Under the pieces are notes generated by a model that did no database searches, had not been told where the DNA came from, and was given only the letters and a program-made list of their open reading frames with translations. Below, piece by piece: positions 1 through 32,515 of a DNA stretch of 64,000 bases. Source of the DNA: the human T2T-CHM13v2.0 reference genome, Homo sapiens. The position numbers were made by a program, and so were the translations under genes. The stretch is taken from assembly GCF_009914755.1 (NCBI RefSeq), contig NC_060947.1; one strand, given 5' to 3'. The first letter of the stretch is position 1. Each line of letters opens with the position of its first letter.

Positions 1-2238
<2,238 letters not shown>

Positions 2239-2239
2239 T

Positions 2240-2473
2240 ATGACTCACTAAAGACTCAGATGATTTTTAGCATTTTTAAAGCAATAAAGTACATTTTAAT
2301 TAAGGTACATACACTGGTTTTTTAGATATAATGATATTGCACACTTAATAGACTATAGTATAAGCAATGTTTATATGCACTGGGAAACCATAAAATTCAC
2401 ATTACTTGCTTTATTGAGATATTCACTTTGTTGTGGCAATCTGGAACCAAACCTGCAATATCTCTGAGGGCAT
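2240..2473 (+). mobile_element. Tigger1 3' end fragment
   Basis: ...gcacacttaatagactatagt...tctggaaccaaacctgcaatatctctgagg matches the Tigger1 terminus. Confidence 0.7.
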
Positions 2474-2772
2474 AACTATAAACAAGTAACAAAATTATGA
2501 GGAAGTTGATTTTCCATAGCCAATCCTGTATTTATTCATTAAATATTCCTTGAAGGAGGAATATTTAAGTTAAAAACAGAAAGGTAAATAGAGTAAACCA
2601 GAAGAGGTAGGGAAAAGAATATTCCAAGCTGAGGAAACAGAATGTAAATAGGACCAAAAGGGAAGAACTTTCTCCTTTTCAGGGAAAGGAATCCAATATA
2701 TCTAGAGAAATGGAGTTCTTCAGATTATGAAGTGGCTTTTGAGCTTCATCAATAATGTTGGACTTTATTTTA

Positions 2773-4068
<1,296 letters not shown>

Positions 4069-4069
4069 T

Positions 4070-4541
4070 CTTTCTGGCTGCTCCTCCTTGGGCTAGATAA
4101 TTCTTATAGATAGCAAGGGTTCAGCTGGAAGATTTCTTTGATATACAAACTAACCAATTCAGAGCTATATTCCCTCTATCTGGCATGGACACCCCAAGAG
4201 ACAACATTCCAGTGTCCTAATCACCCCATGGCCAGGTACCAGACAACTAGGGAGCACCCCTATACCTTATTCAAAGTAGCCAATCCTAAACTGTTCACTC
4301 AGCCCTGCATTGCCTTTCCCAAAGAAACTCAAGTAACGGCAGTGGCCTAAACCTTCCCCTCTTCTGTCTTCTGCCTCCTGCCCACCCTGGTGTCTTTCCC
4401 ATGTAGTCCTATGTGGCATAATATGTCTCCTGTCTCTAGGACCTGTAAGCATAATAGACTTTGTTTTCCTGAGCCTCTCCTGTGTCTCCTCTTGTGGCTA
4501 TACCTGACCCACCATCTAAAAAAAGAATAGAAAACATTATA
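4070..4541 (+). mobile_element. ERVL-type solo LTR (MER74-like)
   Basis: ccaggtaccagacaactaggga...tagccaatcctaaac motifs; family assigned from memory. Confidence 0.5.
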
Positions 4542-4791
4542 TAGTAGCTTTAACAGCCATATTTTTCTAAGAAGGAGGCTTCTCTAGAATGTTTGATTGA
4601 GAAGAATTAAAAATACCAGTTAACCTGATATCACTTTGTGAATCAGACAACACTTACTAAGTTACACATCCTTAGGCCTTTAGATTATCAAAACATAATC
4701 TAAATTGTTGGGCAAGTACCCAAGAACAACTCCAGAGTTGATGAAATCATGGACTAGAGAATGTTAAATACAGTCAGTTTTCAATATCCAG

Positions 4792-4797
4792 TTTATT
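4792..4797 (-). terminator. Polyadenylation signal AATAAA
   Basis: tttatt on the + strand, ~1.2 kb past the stop. A variant ATTAAA lies at 5270-5265. Confidence 0.7.
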
Positions 4798-4930
4798 ATG
4801 TTATACTAGATTTTGGAGCTTTTTGCCTCCACACTACACAGCACAATTATAGGTATTCAGTCTCTCTGAAAATCTCCTTTCCCTTAGGGTCTCTCCAATA
4901 ACCAATTCTTCCTCCACGGGTGAGAGTTAA

Positions 4931-5191
<261 letters not shown>

Positions 5192-5542
5192 TGATGATCA
5201 CTCAGTCACCCTGTATTCACTTCATGGCTTACCCTGCTTTTAAAAAACCTCGACTGTTTCTGGTTTTAATCCTTAACTACCTCAAGAATCCAGAAGTCTT
5301 AGAAATATCTAAAAATTGTAGCATCTCTGAGCAAATGCACAGGCTCCAGTCAATGTAAAATTATTACCAGCTGCTTAAAAAAGGTCATTTGTCCACACCA
5401 TAAGCAGAAACGGAGGAGACAAGACTATAAACTAGAACCAAGGCTGACAGCAACAGGAAGAAACAGTCCAGATCCAGGAGTGGGGAGTGGTCAAACCCAA
5501 GCAAACGGGCATGATTGAAAGGGAATCTGAAATCTAAGGTTA

Positions 5543-5842
<300 letters not shown>

Positions 5843-6003
5843 TCTGCCTCAGACCAGAGGCCTAATAGATTCTTCCTATTCACAAACCAAAGATTGGTTT
5901 CCACTGTAATGCTCCCAGGGTCTGCAATGTAGCAATATGCCAAACCTGAAAGTTTCTGAAACTTCAGCCTTAACAAATAGCCTGCAGTCTTCTAGGAGGC
6001 TGC

Positions 6004-6130
6004 TTATCGAGTAAAGAGGAGCACCAGCTCACAATGTGGGGTGTGAGGGAACAAATCCACAGGTACAGCTTGCTGCAGGACAAAGGGCTCGCCTAAGAGC
6101 TTCTTAGCAGGGTCTGGAGGACAGCACAGC
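6004..6130 (-). CDS. TRMT2B: TRMT2B last exon, CDS part (LCCPP...[17 protein letters not shown])
   Basis: tttctacag| acceptor, DxFPxTxHxE motif, TAA at 6006-6004. Confidence 0.96.
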
Positions 6131-6543
6131 CTGTAGAAACAGAACATAGCATCAGTTCCCAGGAATAAAAGGAAGAACCCACAGGAATACAATTGCCTAA
6201 AATAGAGGCCCTTCCACTGTGTTCCCACAGGCCCCCTGTGTTTCTCTTATACAGCATTTATCTTATTTAATATAATCGTTTTTCTTCACCATCTTCCTTA
6301 CTGAATTATAATCTTTTTAAGGGTAGAAATGAAGTAAACACTGCTTAATATTCATCTCTGGGTTCCCAGTATGTGGCACAGAATAAGGGTTCAATACATA
6401 TTTGGTAAATGGAGCTGAAGAGCCTGTATGTTTATAAGGCCTTAAGATACATAACCACCAAACTGTTCTAAAAAGGGTTGTACCAATTTATATCCCAACC
6501 AGCAAAGTAGAAGAGTATTTGTTTGCCTGGGTAATATTCAATA

Positions 6544-8625
<2,082 letters not shown>

Positions 8626-8892
8626 TAGTTTAAATAGCATTATCCCATTATAATCAAATACATGACAAAAATATTCACTATCACATCTACAATGGAACAT
8701 TTTCTTATGCAATATAATAAGCAAAAGGAAAAAATGAGTATTAGAAGGAGAGGGACAGAATTATTTTTACATGGTGATCATATGGTCAGCTACCACAACA
8801 ATGTGAGAATCAACTAAAAAATGAATAAAACTAATAATAGAGTAAGGTAGCTGTATACCAGATTGGCAATAACTAATGAGAAAATGTCATGA

Positions 8893-12627
<3,735 letters not shown>

Positions 12628-13062
12628 TTATGCTCTCTTTCTCATTTAAGACTATATTTTTGTGTTTTGCCCCTTAATATTGTTGATTAGGCTTATTTAT
12701 TTAATTTTTTTCTTCCAATAACACCTTCTCGCTTTCTCATCAAATCTACAGGTTTTTTTGTTTTGTAAGTCATTAATTTATGGATTTTTAAAATCATTAT
12801 TGAGTTCTTCCTTCAGTTTCCTTTGGGTTTATTGTTCTTTTTCTAGCTCATGACTTGAAAGCTCAAATCACTTCGTTTTTTATACATTGACATATAATGA
12901 TTACATAATTTTTAATTCTCATTTGTTTCATTCAAATATATAATCTGTACTTTATACCTGTCTGTTGTTTCAATGCTACAAATAAATTATATTGCTTATA
13001 GTAAAAAGTGAGAGAGAAAAAGATTACAAAATATAAAGATTTCAAAAATCAAAATAGCTGAC

Positions 13063-14243
<1,181 letters not shown>

Positions 14244-14396
14244 TAATTGAGTCTTAAAGGTGGTATTTTTTTTGTTTCAGTTTCTTTACACTTCTAATGA
14301 CTTGAAAGCTCAAATCACTTTCCAATTGTGTGTACAATAAGCATGAATGGCTTTGATAATCAGAACAAAAAATTTTAAACAGAAGTCAAGACTTAC

Positions 14397-14496
14397 TCAA
14401 TGACATTCCTAGTGGATTCACCATGGAGCTTGCAGGAAACAAAAACTAGCGTGTGGATGGCCCTGAAGTTTCGAATGGCTTGAATCACCTTGTAAT
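14397..14496 (-). CDS. TRMT2B: TRMT2B exon 13 (HYKVIQAIR...FVSCK...NVIE)
   Basis: tccttcag| acceptor, GA|gtaagt donor, 100 nt. Catalytic-type Cys codon at 14434-14432. Confidence 0.95.
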
Positions 14497-14709
14497 CTGA
14501 AGGAAGAAACACCTTGCTATTAGTATAATTAACTACCATGGTCTCTGTTATCACAAACTTCCAACTGACCAGAACTCAGGATTGATTAGAAATAGAGGGG
14601 AAACAGGTTCAGAGCCAGCCCACTGGGAGCACCCGTAGCATGGTGTGGAAAAGAAGAACCAAAGTTGATGGACAATACTGGGAACATCAAAATAGCTGTT
14701 CATCCTTAC

Positions 14710-14829
14710 GCAGTCCGGCACGGGCTGGGTTCACCACAGCAACAATTGACTGTCCATCTTCCTTTGACTTTAGCAGCCCTGGCAAAATCTTCTCTGCTTG
14801 ACCAGTATGAAATTCAGAGTTGGTGATGC
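14710..14829 (-). CDS. TRMT2B: TRMT2B exon 12 (GITNSEF...VVNPARAGL)
   Basis: ttccatag| acceptor, C|gtaagg donor, 120 nt. Confidence 0.95.
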
Positions 14830-15051
14830 CTATGGAAGACAGGCCCACAGGACATAACTCAAGCCCAGCAGTAAGGGAAAGCTTCAGCTTCACAGAAACG
14901 CACAGGAGCCAAGGGCTCTGCCATCTTCCCTTTGGATCTAGCATCACTCCAAGTAACAAGGAAAGAAGTGCTTTTGGACAGACCCACTTCATTTTTTCCA
15001 AAGTACTTTCCCTTGGAATATCTCAGTAAGCCTTTCAGCTTGAGCAACTAG

Positions 15052-15186
<135 letters not shown>

Positions 15187-15912
15187 TAGCTTGGATTACA
15201 GGCGCCTGCCACCACGACCGGCTAATTTTGTATTTTTAGTAGAGATGGGGTTTTACCATCTTGGCCAGGCTGGTCTTGAACTCCTGACCTCGTGATCCAC
15301 CCACCTCAGCCTCCCAAAGTGCTGGAATTACAGGCATGAGCCACCATGCCCGGCTATTTTACAACTTCACAACTCACATAGCATGCAAGGACCTATACCA
15401 AGATGAGAACCTTGACTTTTGGTCAAGTGCTCTTCCTGCTATATCAGACATTTTCACCAAATGCCTCAGGAGCTTTCTGTAGGTGAAGTAGTGAGGGCAA
15501 GATGATCTATTTTCTATATTGCAGTTTGACAGAAGACTGTGTTTGAAGAAAAGGTTTTGTTGCTGAAAATATAGGTTTGACACCTATTGTATTATGCTAT
15601 AAGGCCTCGTGAGTCTAATGCCAAGGAGATTCTTCTTCTATTCTGTCCAAAGTTTTGCAACTTTGTTTCCTATCAGCTAGACATGTATCTTCCCTTAGGT
15701 TCCTCTTCTGGATAGGAAAAAAGTTAGATATTGGTACCTATTCCAGAAAACCATGAGGATCTATTTCAGAAAACCATTCTGACCCCTCCAGAATTCCCTC
15801 CCTTCCTCCCTGTGGGTCAGGGATACAGTAGTTGCCTTTTCCCACACAACTCTTTCCATAGCACAGAAACAACTGCATCCCTTAATTTCTACACAGACTG
15901 TAAGCTGTGTAC

Positions 15913-16014
15913 CATTGAAGGCTGCAGTCCATCTTGCATCCTCCACTGCCTGCTCCAACAATTCAATCCCAAGGACCCGAGATGTATGCTGAGCCAGAGA
16001 GAGGCCAATCACAC
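15913..16014 (-). CDS. TRMT2B: TRMT2B exon 11 (GVIGLSLA...GIE...AAFN)
   Basis: cttcag| acceptor, G|gtacac donor, 102 nt. Confidence 0.95.
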
Positions 16015-16526
16015 CTGAAGAAGTAAACGAGAAGAAGAAGAAGGCATTTTAGGGTTTAGGTGTGGTAGTTTGTTTGTTTTTTGTTTAGTTTAGTTTAGTT
16101 TGTTTGTTTGTTTTAAACAGGGTCTCACTCTGTAGCCTAGGCTGGAGTGCAATGGCACAATCACAGTTCACTGCAGCCTCGACCTCCCGGGCTAAAGCAA
16201 TCCTCCTCTCTCAGCCCCCTGAGTAGCTAAGACTACAGGTTCACGCCACTATGCCCAGCTAATTTTTAAATTTTTTGTAGAGACAGGGTCTCACTATGTT
16301 GCCCAGGCTAGTCTCCAACTCCTGGGCTCAACCAATCCTCCTGCCTTGCTTCACAAAGTGTTGGGATAACAGGCATAAGCAACCACACTTGGCTGCAGTT
16401 GTAGGGTTTTAGACCGACAAGGTTATACCTGCACCACTACCACTACCTCTCCCCGACCACCTCCGCAAGCTACAAGGGCCTTGGGAGCTGAGCAGCATGC
16501 AGATTCTGCCCTGGGCTTCCACTTGC

Positions 16527-16741
16527 CAGTTCCACAGCAGATGTCAAGAAGGATGGTGTCAGAGTTCACTCCAGTCAGCTCCCCCACAGTCCGATACAGC
16601 ATCTCTGCACCAGCTGTGTTAATCTGGAAAAAGGCATCTGGAGAGATGCGGATCTTCAAGCTCAGAAGTTCTTCAAAGATGTAGGGTTCCCCAAACAGAA
16701 GCTGATAGGGAGACTGCTGATGGCTGCAACGGGTCATGGTA
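16527..16741 (-). CDS. TRMT2B: TRMT2B exon 10 (TMTRC...AFFQIN...LLDICCGT)
   Basis: tttccag| acceptor, non-canonical G|gcaagt donor, 215 nt. Contains the FFQxN motif and the first part of SAM-binding motif I. Confidence 0.95.
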
Positions 16742-17393
16742 CTGGAAAGGAATAAAAGAAGAAAGCATCTTGAGCTGTGAGCGGTGGCTCACGCCTGTAA
16801 TCCCAGCACTTTGGGAGGCCGAGGCGGGCAGATCACCTAAGGTCAGGAGTTCGAGACCAGCCTGGCCAACATGGTGAAATCTCATCTCTACTGAAAATAC
16901 AAAAATTAGCCAGGTGTGGTGGCACATGCCTGTAATCCAAGCTACTCAGGAGGCTGAGGTAGGAGAGTCACTTGAACTCGGGAGGCAGAGGTTGCAGTGA
17001 GCCAAGATTGTGCTACTGCCCTCCAGCCTGGGTAACAGAGCGAGACTCGGTCTCAAAGAAAAAAAAAAAGCAAAACAAAAAAAAGCATCTTGAAATGGCA
17101 GACCATCACATCCCTAGTGGTTGGGTAGACAGGGAGGCCCCAGCATCTCAGCTAGGAGACACAGTCCTTGCCGTGGCCCTGAGAGCTCTGCAAGGGTTTC
17201 CCCCTCAGGGGATGAAAGTCCATGTGGACACTCTCACATCTACATTCTGGCCTGTGTTCCAAGACCCAGCTGGTGTACAAGGACCAGAACCATTTAGCCA
17301 ATATCCTCCACCATCAATCAGCAACCCTGCATCAGCAATCCATAAACCAAGAGTCTGGCAAGCCATCAGCCTATTTGGCTGTCCCAGGTTTAC

Positions 17394-17488
17394 CTTTCCT
17401 GGAAGTAAAGTGAGGTCAAGCCACAGGCTGCTCCAGGACCTCTGATGAAAAATTCCTTTACAATCTCCTTCTGAACATGGAGCTCCTC
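17394..17488 (-). CDS. TRMT2B: TRMT2B exon 9 (EELHVQKE...LYFQE)
   Basis: tctgggcag| acceptor, AG|gtaaac donor, 95 nt. Confidence 0.92.
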
Positions 17489-17760
17489 CTGCCCAGACCA
17501 TAAAATTAGCAGTTAAGCAAAGACTCATCTCTGACAAATTTTCTCTCTAAGCTCTATAGTAATCAGCCCTGCAGTAGTCAGATGTGAAGACATTTCACAA
17601 ATCTTATTATAAATAACACTTAACATAAAGCAGGCCAGACATGATAGTTCATGCCTATAATCCCAGCACTTTGAGAGGCTGAGGTAGGAGGACTGCTTGA
17701 GCCCAGGAGTGTAAGACAAGCCTAGGCAACATAGCAACATCCTGTCTCTACAAGAAATCA

Positions 17761-18251
<491 letters not shown>

Positions 18252-18324
18252 CTACAGAAAGCCTAAGTATTAGCTTGATACCAGGATATATTGCAATAAA
18301 CCATGTAGGAACAATAGGGTTAAA

Positions 18325-18490
18325 AACATCAGGCATCAAAGGACCTGGGTTCAAATCCTAGCTTTGCTATTTACTGATTCTTTAACCTTGGGTATTTCTA
18401 TGCCTCCATTTCCTCAGGTGTAAAATGAGGGTGACAATATCTTTCCTCCTGCCTACTTTACAAGTTTGTTGAGATGATCACATAAGTATA
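18325..18490 (+). mobile_element. MIR
   Basis: gacctgggttcaaatcctagct...tgtaaaatgagg core. Confidence 0.7.
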
Positions 18491-18895
18491 CGAATGTTTT
18501 AACACAGGTATGTTTGAAAGCACCAAGTGCATGACAAATGTAAAGCACTATTTGGGTTATGAAATTCTGACACTGCAGTCTCTATTGAATTGGCATTTGG
18601 ATTTGGAAGAGCAACTACTACCATGGGCAAAGTTCTTGTGAAATTACTTGGGAGTTCTCACATGGTAATTAACTTGGCAGCCTAGCCACAGTCTCTGTGG
18701 TTTGATTATGCGAGCAGTATGGTTAAATAGTATCCTTGCCATCTTCTCCTCATCCCTAACCCCTCTCCCCAATTGACACAAATATTCTGTGGATGTACTG
18801 TTTCTGCTATATGCCCTGAAACTTCCAAAAAACCAATTACAGTTATAGTTAGTAGTAGTAAAAGTTAAGGTTGCTTAACATCTTGTGAGGCTCAC

Positions 18896-19042
18896 CTGAC
18901 TTAATTTCTGGGGATGGAAAGTGATGATAGCCATTGTGTGCCCTTGGCTATTGGTGCGGACTGTGAGCTCACGCCAGTATCCACCTTCATGAAATACAAG
19001 GCAGGGCTCCAATGGAGACTGTCGAAGGAATACTTCATAGTA
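18896..19042 (-). CDS. TRMT2B: TRMT2B exon 8 (YYEVFLRQ...GYWRELTVR...KLSQ)
   Basis: cttcctag| acceptor, CAG|gtgagc donor, 147 nt, phase 0-0. Confidence 0.95.
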
Positions 19043-19114
19043 CTAGGAAGAGAACCGAATTATTACACAAGCAAAACTAGCAAGTTTCACAGCTGTTTAC
19101 TCATGCTAGGTGAT

Positions 19115-19819
<705 letters not shown>

Positions 19820-19839
19820 GTGATATAAGAAACATGATT

Positions 19840-21920
19840 GACTGGGCACAGTGGCTCAAACCTGTAATCCTAGCACTTTGGGAGGCCAACGTGGGAGGAT
19901 TGCTTATGTCCAGGAGTTCAAGACCACCTGGGCAACATGGCCTGTCTACAAAAAATAAAAAAAATTAGGCCGGGTGCAGTGGCTCAAGCCTATATTCCCA
20001 GCACTTTGGGAGGCCAAGGCGGGTGGATCACTTTGAGGTCAGGAGTTCGAGACCAGCTGGGCCAACATGGCAACCCCGTCTCTACTAAAAATACAAAATT
20101 TAGCCGGGCATCAGGGCAGGCACCTGTAATCTCAGCTACTTGGGAGGCTGAGGCAGGAGAATTGCTTGAACCCAGGAGGCGGGTTGCAGTGAGCCAAGAT
20201 CGCACCACTGCACTCCAGCCTGGGCAACAGAGTGAGACTCTATCTCAAAAAAACAGCAACAACAACAACAAAATTAGCCAGGCATGGTGACACACGCCTG
20301 TAGCCCCAGCTACTCAAGAAGGTGGGGTGGGAGGATCGCCTGAGCCCAGGTGGTCAAGGCTGCAGTGAGCCGAGATCTTACCACTGCACTCCAACCTGGG
20401 CAACCTGTGTCTCGGAAAAAAAAAAAAGAATCATGATCCCTGCCCTGTAACTTTACAGAGGATGCTATCAATTATATCTTGAACTGTAAGCTCCATGGAG
20501 CTAGAGTTGTTTCCTTAGTCTGACATATGTGTTCAATAAATATTATTGAAAAATTTTATGAATGACTGAACAGGAAAGGTATTCTTATTTAGAACTTCAG
20601 TTTATTTATGGAAAATAATCTTCCCTTTCTGTGAATTCCTAATGTATTACTAAGCTGCTATGATTCCACTCTTACTTTTAATGTCCTGATATAAGCACAT
20701 CATTTCTATATTTTTTCATATAACCTGGTACCAACTATATTATGGCTTAGTCAGATCCTCCATTTCCTCCTGGTATATACAAGTCAAATGCAATCCTGAT
20801 TTAGTTGTTGTGATCTCAAAAATCCTTAAAGCCAATTGCTGCCATAACAGGAAACACCATCTGATTTACTAGGTCCTTTTGTTCTCATAATGCATGTGTT
20901 CTGGGTCCACTGGGTTCTCAAACAAACCACAAATTATGTAGTAAAGGGGGGAATTATACAAAAAAACAGTGCTACCTGAGAGGTAAGATCAATTAAGGTT
21001 GTACTTGATCACTTTTGCTATAATTTCATATAAGATGTCCTTGATTTTTACTCAACATAGTTTTCAAATTTTAAGGTTGGTGATTTAAAGAAAGCCTAGT
21101 TCCACTGGGCGTGATCCCTCCCACCTGTAATTCCAGCACTTTGAGAGGCCGAGGTGGGCAGATCATTTGAGGTCAGGGGTTCAAGACCAGCCTGACCAAC
21201 ATGGCAAAACCCCGTCTCTACTAAAAATACAAAATTTTGCCAGACATGGTGGCGGGCACCTGTAATCCCAGCTACTTGGGAGGCTGAGGCAGAAGAATCG
21301 CTTGAACCTGGAGGTTGTAGTGAGCTGAGATTGTGCCACTGCACTCCAGCCTAGGCGAGAGTGAGACTCCATCAAAAGAGAAAGAAAAGAAAGAAAGAAA
21401 GAAGAAGAAAGGGAGGGAGGGAAAGAAAGAGAGACAGAAAGAGAGAGAAGGACAGAAGGGAGGGAGGAAGGAAGGGAGGGAGGGAGGGAGGAAGGAAGGA
21501 AGGAAAGAAAGAAAAAAAGAGAGGAAGGAAGAAAGAAATTCTGACTAGTTCAACTGTTGTTTACTGGCTGGTTAGAAAGAAATGCTTTTTGGAAGCAAGA
21601 TTCAAATATCATATAAAGCCTGGTGCAGTGTCTCTCGCCTATAATCCCAGTATTCTGGGAGGCCAAGGCAGGTGGGTGGATCACCTGAGGTCAGGAGTTT
21701 GAGACCAGCCCGGGCAACATGGTAAAACTCCATCTCTACTAAAAGTACAAAAATTAGCCAGGCGTGGTGGCACACACCTGTAATCTCAGCTACTTAGGAG
21801 GCTGAGCAGGAGAATCGCTGGAACCCAGGAGGCAGAAGTTGCAGTGAGCCGAGATCACACCACAGCACTCCAGCCTGGGTGACAGAGCAAAACTCCGTCT
21901 CAAAAAAAAAAAAAAAAAAA
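19840..21920 (+). mobile_element. Alus: 19840-20428 (nested), 21105-21375, 21617-21920
   Basis: Alu consensus. Confidence 0.88.
21373..21538 (+). repeat. Purine tract (GAAA/GGAA/GGGA)n grown from an Alu tail
   Basis: ~165 nt almost entirely A/G. Confidence 0.92.
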
Positions 21921-22224
21921 GTCATATAGGTTCTGGAAGGATGGTAATTGAAAAACTGAGCTTGACCTAAAAGATAATGGGTAAATATGAAATGCAGCTT
22001 CTCCACTGTATGACCTAGGGTCTTGGTTTCTTCACTGTAAGATGGAAACTGAAACTCCTGTTCTTATATGGGAATGCTTAAGTAAGTATTAAGATTAAAG
22101 GGAACTTCTGGTTAAAATAACAGAATATTCCACCTAAAATAACAGAATATTCCACCTAAAAATCCTACTAAGTGAAAATCCTACTAAAATGAAACAAAGG
22201 AATTAAAAAGGCATAAGCTTATTT

Positions 22225-25115
<2,891 letters not shown>

Positions 25116-25405
25116 TGAAAGAACAAAGATAATGGGAGAGAAGACAACAGAAAAGCAAACTCAGTAAAATCTCAGAAGATGGACAGCAGAGTGAAGTGAC
25201 AAGTGACTTAGCAAGGTGAAGGAAGCCACATCTGGAGTGACCACAGAGGGGGACCTGATAAGTCAAAAGGCTTATCTGCTCTACACAATCCTGGTAAGGC
25301 TCACACCTAAAGGTGCAAAATACTGCAGGAAGCTGAGATGGGGTAAGATGCATGACTAAACTCAGGGTTTGGCTAAAAAGTCTAGATGCAAAACTGGCAA
25401 ATGTT

Positions 25406-30640
<5,235 letters not shown>

Positions 30641-31054
30641 AGAAAGAAAAAAACGTATCAGAGGCCAAGCTCATGATGTACTATCTTATCACCACTTCAC
30701 CTCATATTCCTCAATTCTGTTCTGCTGAAAACACTAGCCTTCCAAATACTTCAGACACCTGACACTTGCTATAGTACCCTCATCAGCACTTCTTCCTAAT
30801 ACATCCCTACTATGAAAAAGTCCTTAGATGCCTGATACTTACAATAATGGACACAGTTCTCTCTTCCCCTCTCCACTCTTTCTGAAATGAAAACCTAGCA
30901 ATGTTTTCTCCATAGTTAGAAGGTATGCTTTCAGTACAGAGCCCCTCCTTCCCTCTAGCACTAGAATTGGCTCTATTATCAAAATGTCAGGGATGTTGCT
31001 GTTGTAGACTACAATGCTCCAGGCCATTCTCAACCAGCTCTTGTTCCATTTTAC

Positions 31055-31125
31055 CTGCGCCACTTGACTGTGTTTCTCAGGGATGTTTTTCAGATGATTA
31101 GACTGCACACAGACAACGTTCCCAT
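31055..31125 (-). CDS. TRMT2B: TRMT2B exon 7 (DGNVVCVQ...SQVAQ)
   Basis: tttccatag| acceptor, CAG|gtaaaa donor, 71 nt. Confidence 0.95.
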
Positions 31126-31604
31126 CTATGGAAAGAAAAATAATTTGCATGGTTTTATTCTTAAAAGATTATTTAAAAGAAAATGCCTGGCAACTCAAAT
31201 TTCTATCGTCAAAGTGGCATATGTAGATATGAAGAAGCAAATACAATCTCATGGCCACTTTTCAGAGAAAACCTAATTATTTCCTGGTCTAGCCATTAAG
31301 CAGCTAATTATTTATGAAGCTACTCAATATTTTCTCTCACGCCACAAATGCACTATATGACGTCTGTTTTCTGTTCAGATTTTAAGAGGGAAATAAAATG
31401 TAATGGGTTTTATTTTTCTATTACTGAATAATAGAACACTGACGTCACAGTCATTTAATTCAGCACACAGGAGGGAAAAAAGCCAAGTGCACGCCCTAAC
31501 GAACTGTAGTTTAAGGCATATGGATATTAAACTGTGTGACTAATATCAAATGATGGTATTTCAAGTGGATTTATTGAAAATGGGCAAACAGAAAGCTCAG
31601 GAAT

Positions 31605-31907
31605 GGGCCAAGCACAGTGGCTCATGCCTGTAATCCCAGCACTTGGGGAGGCTAAGGCGAGTGGATCACCTGAGGTCAGGAGTTCAAGACCAGCCTGGCC
31701 AACATAGCGAAACCCCGTCTCTACCAAAAATACAAAAATTAGCTGGGTGTGGTGGTGCACACCTGTAATCCCAGCTACTCAGAGGCTCAGACAGGAGAAT
31801 CACTTGAACTCGGGAGGCGGAGGTTGCAGTGAGCCGAGATCACACCACTGCACTCCAGCCTGGGTGACAGTGCGAGACTCCATCTCAAAAAAAAAAAAAA
31901 AAAAAAA
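31605..31907 (+). mobile_element. AluS
   Basis: TSD aaagctcaggaatgg on both sides. Confidence 0.92.
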
Positions 31908-32415
31908 GCTCAGGAATGGAATCTGGGAAGGGATAACTGAAAGTAAGTTTCAGAAATATGCCACTGTGATTCCCCTCACCGATACACACCTCCCCTACCA
32001 ATTCTTTTAAGGTAGATTTACCACAGAAATAATTTTCAGAGATATGGGGATGTGAAATAGGAAGACAACTCTAACAAGGAGATTGCTCCCACTGCAGAAA
32101 GCAGCATAAAATGATGATGACAACAATGATGATGAGACAGCAGCAGCAACAACGCCAGCATTTACTAAGTGTTTACTAGGTATCAGGCATATATGGCTTT
32201 TAGAGGAAGAAAGGGCGAGGGTTGCATTTTCTATCACTGTGTTACAATGACTACCCATTAGCAGTATCCGTAATCAACCTTGTGATCACGTTCTGCATCA
32301 AAGACTTCCAATTTAATCTTCTTCTTTAAGGCCACCGTATTTTCCACTTCTACTGACACTTCTCTGCACCCTTTCATTCCTCTTCAGTCTTTGGTTTATA
32401 CAACCTTCAACTGAC

Positions 32416-32515
32416 CTCTCCAAGTTCCCAGGTAGAACCCCACAGTCTTTGGATTGCCATCTGGACCTCGGTTCACAGAGAAGGTGGACTTATTTCGGTA
32501 ACCATTGATGACAGG
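32416..32515 (-). CDS. TRMT2B: TRMT2B exon 6 (PVINGYRNKSTF...GTWR)
   Basis: ctctccag| acceptor, G|gtcagt donor, 100 nt, carries the family YRNK motif. Confidence 0.95.

Noticed and set aside
32110-32155. (GAT)n/(CAG)n run resembling a coding poly-D/Q stretch
   Set aside because: Intronic low-complexity sequence next to a MIR/L2-like end, no usable splice frame
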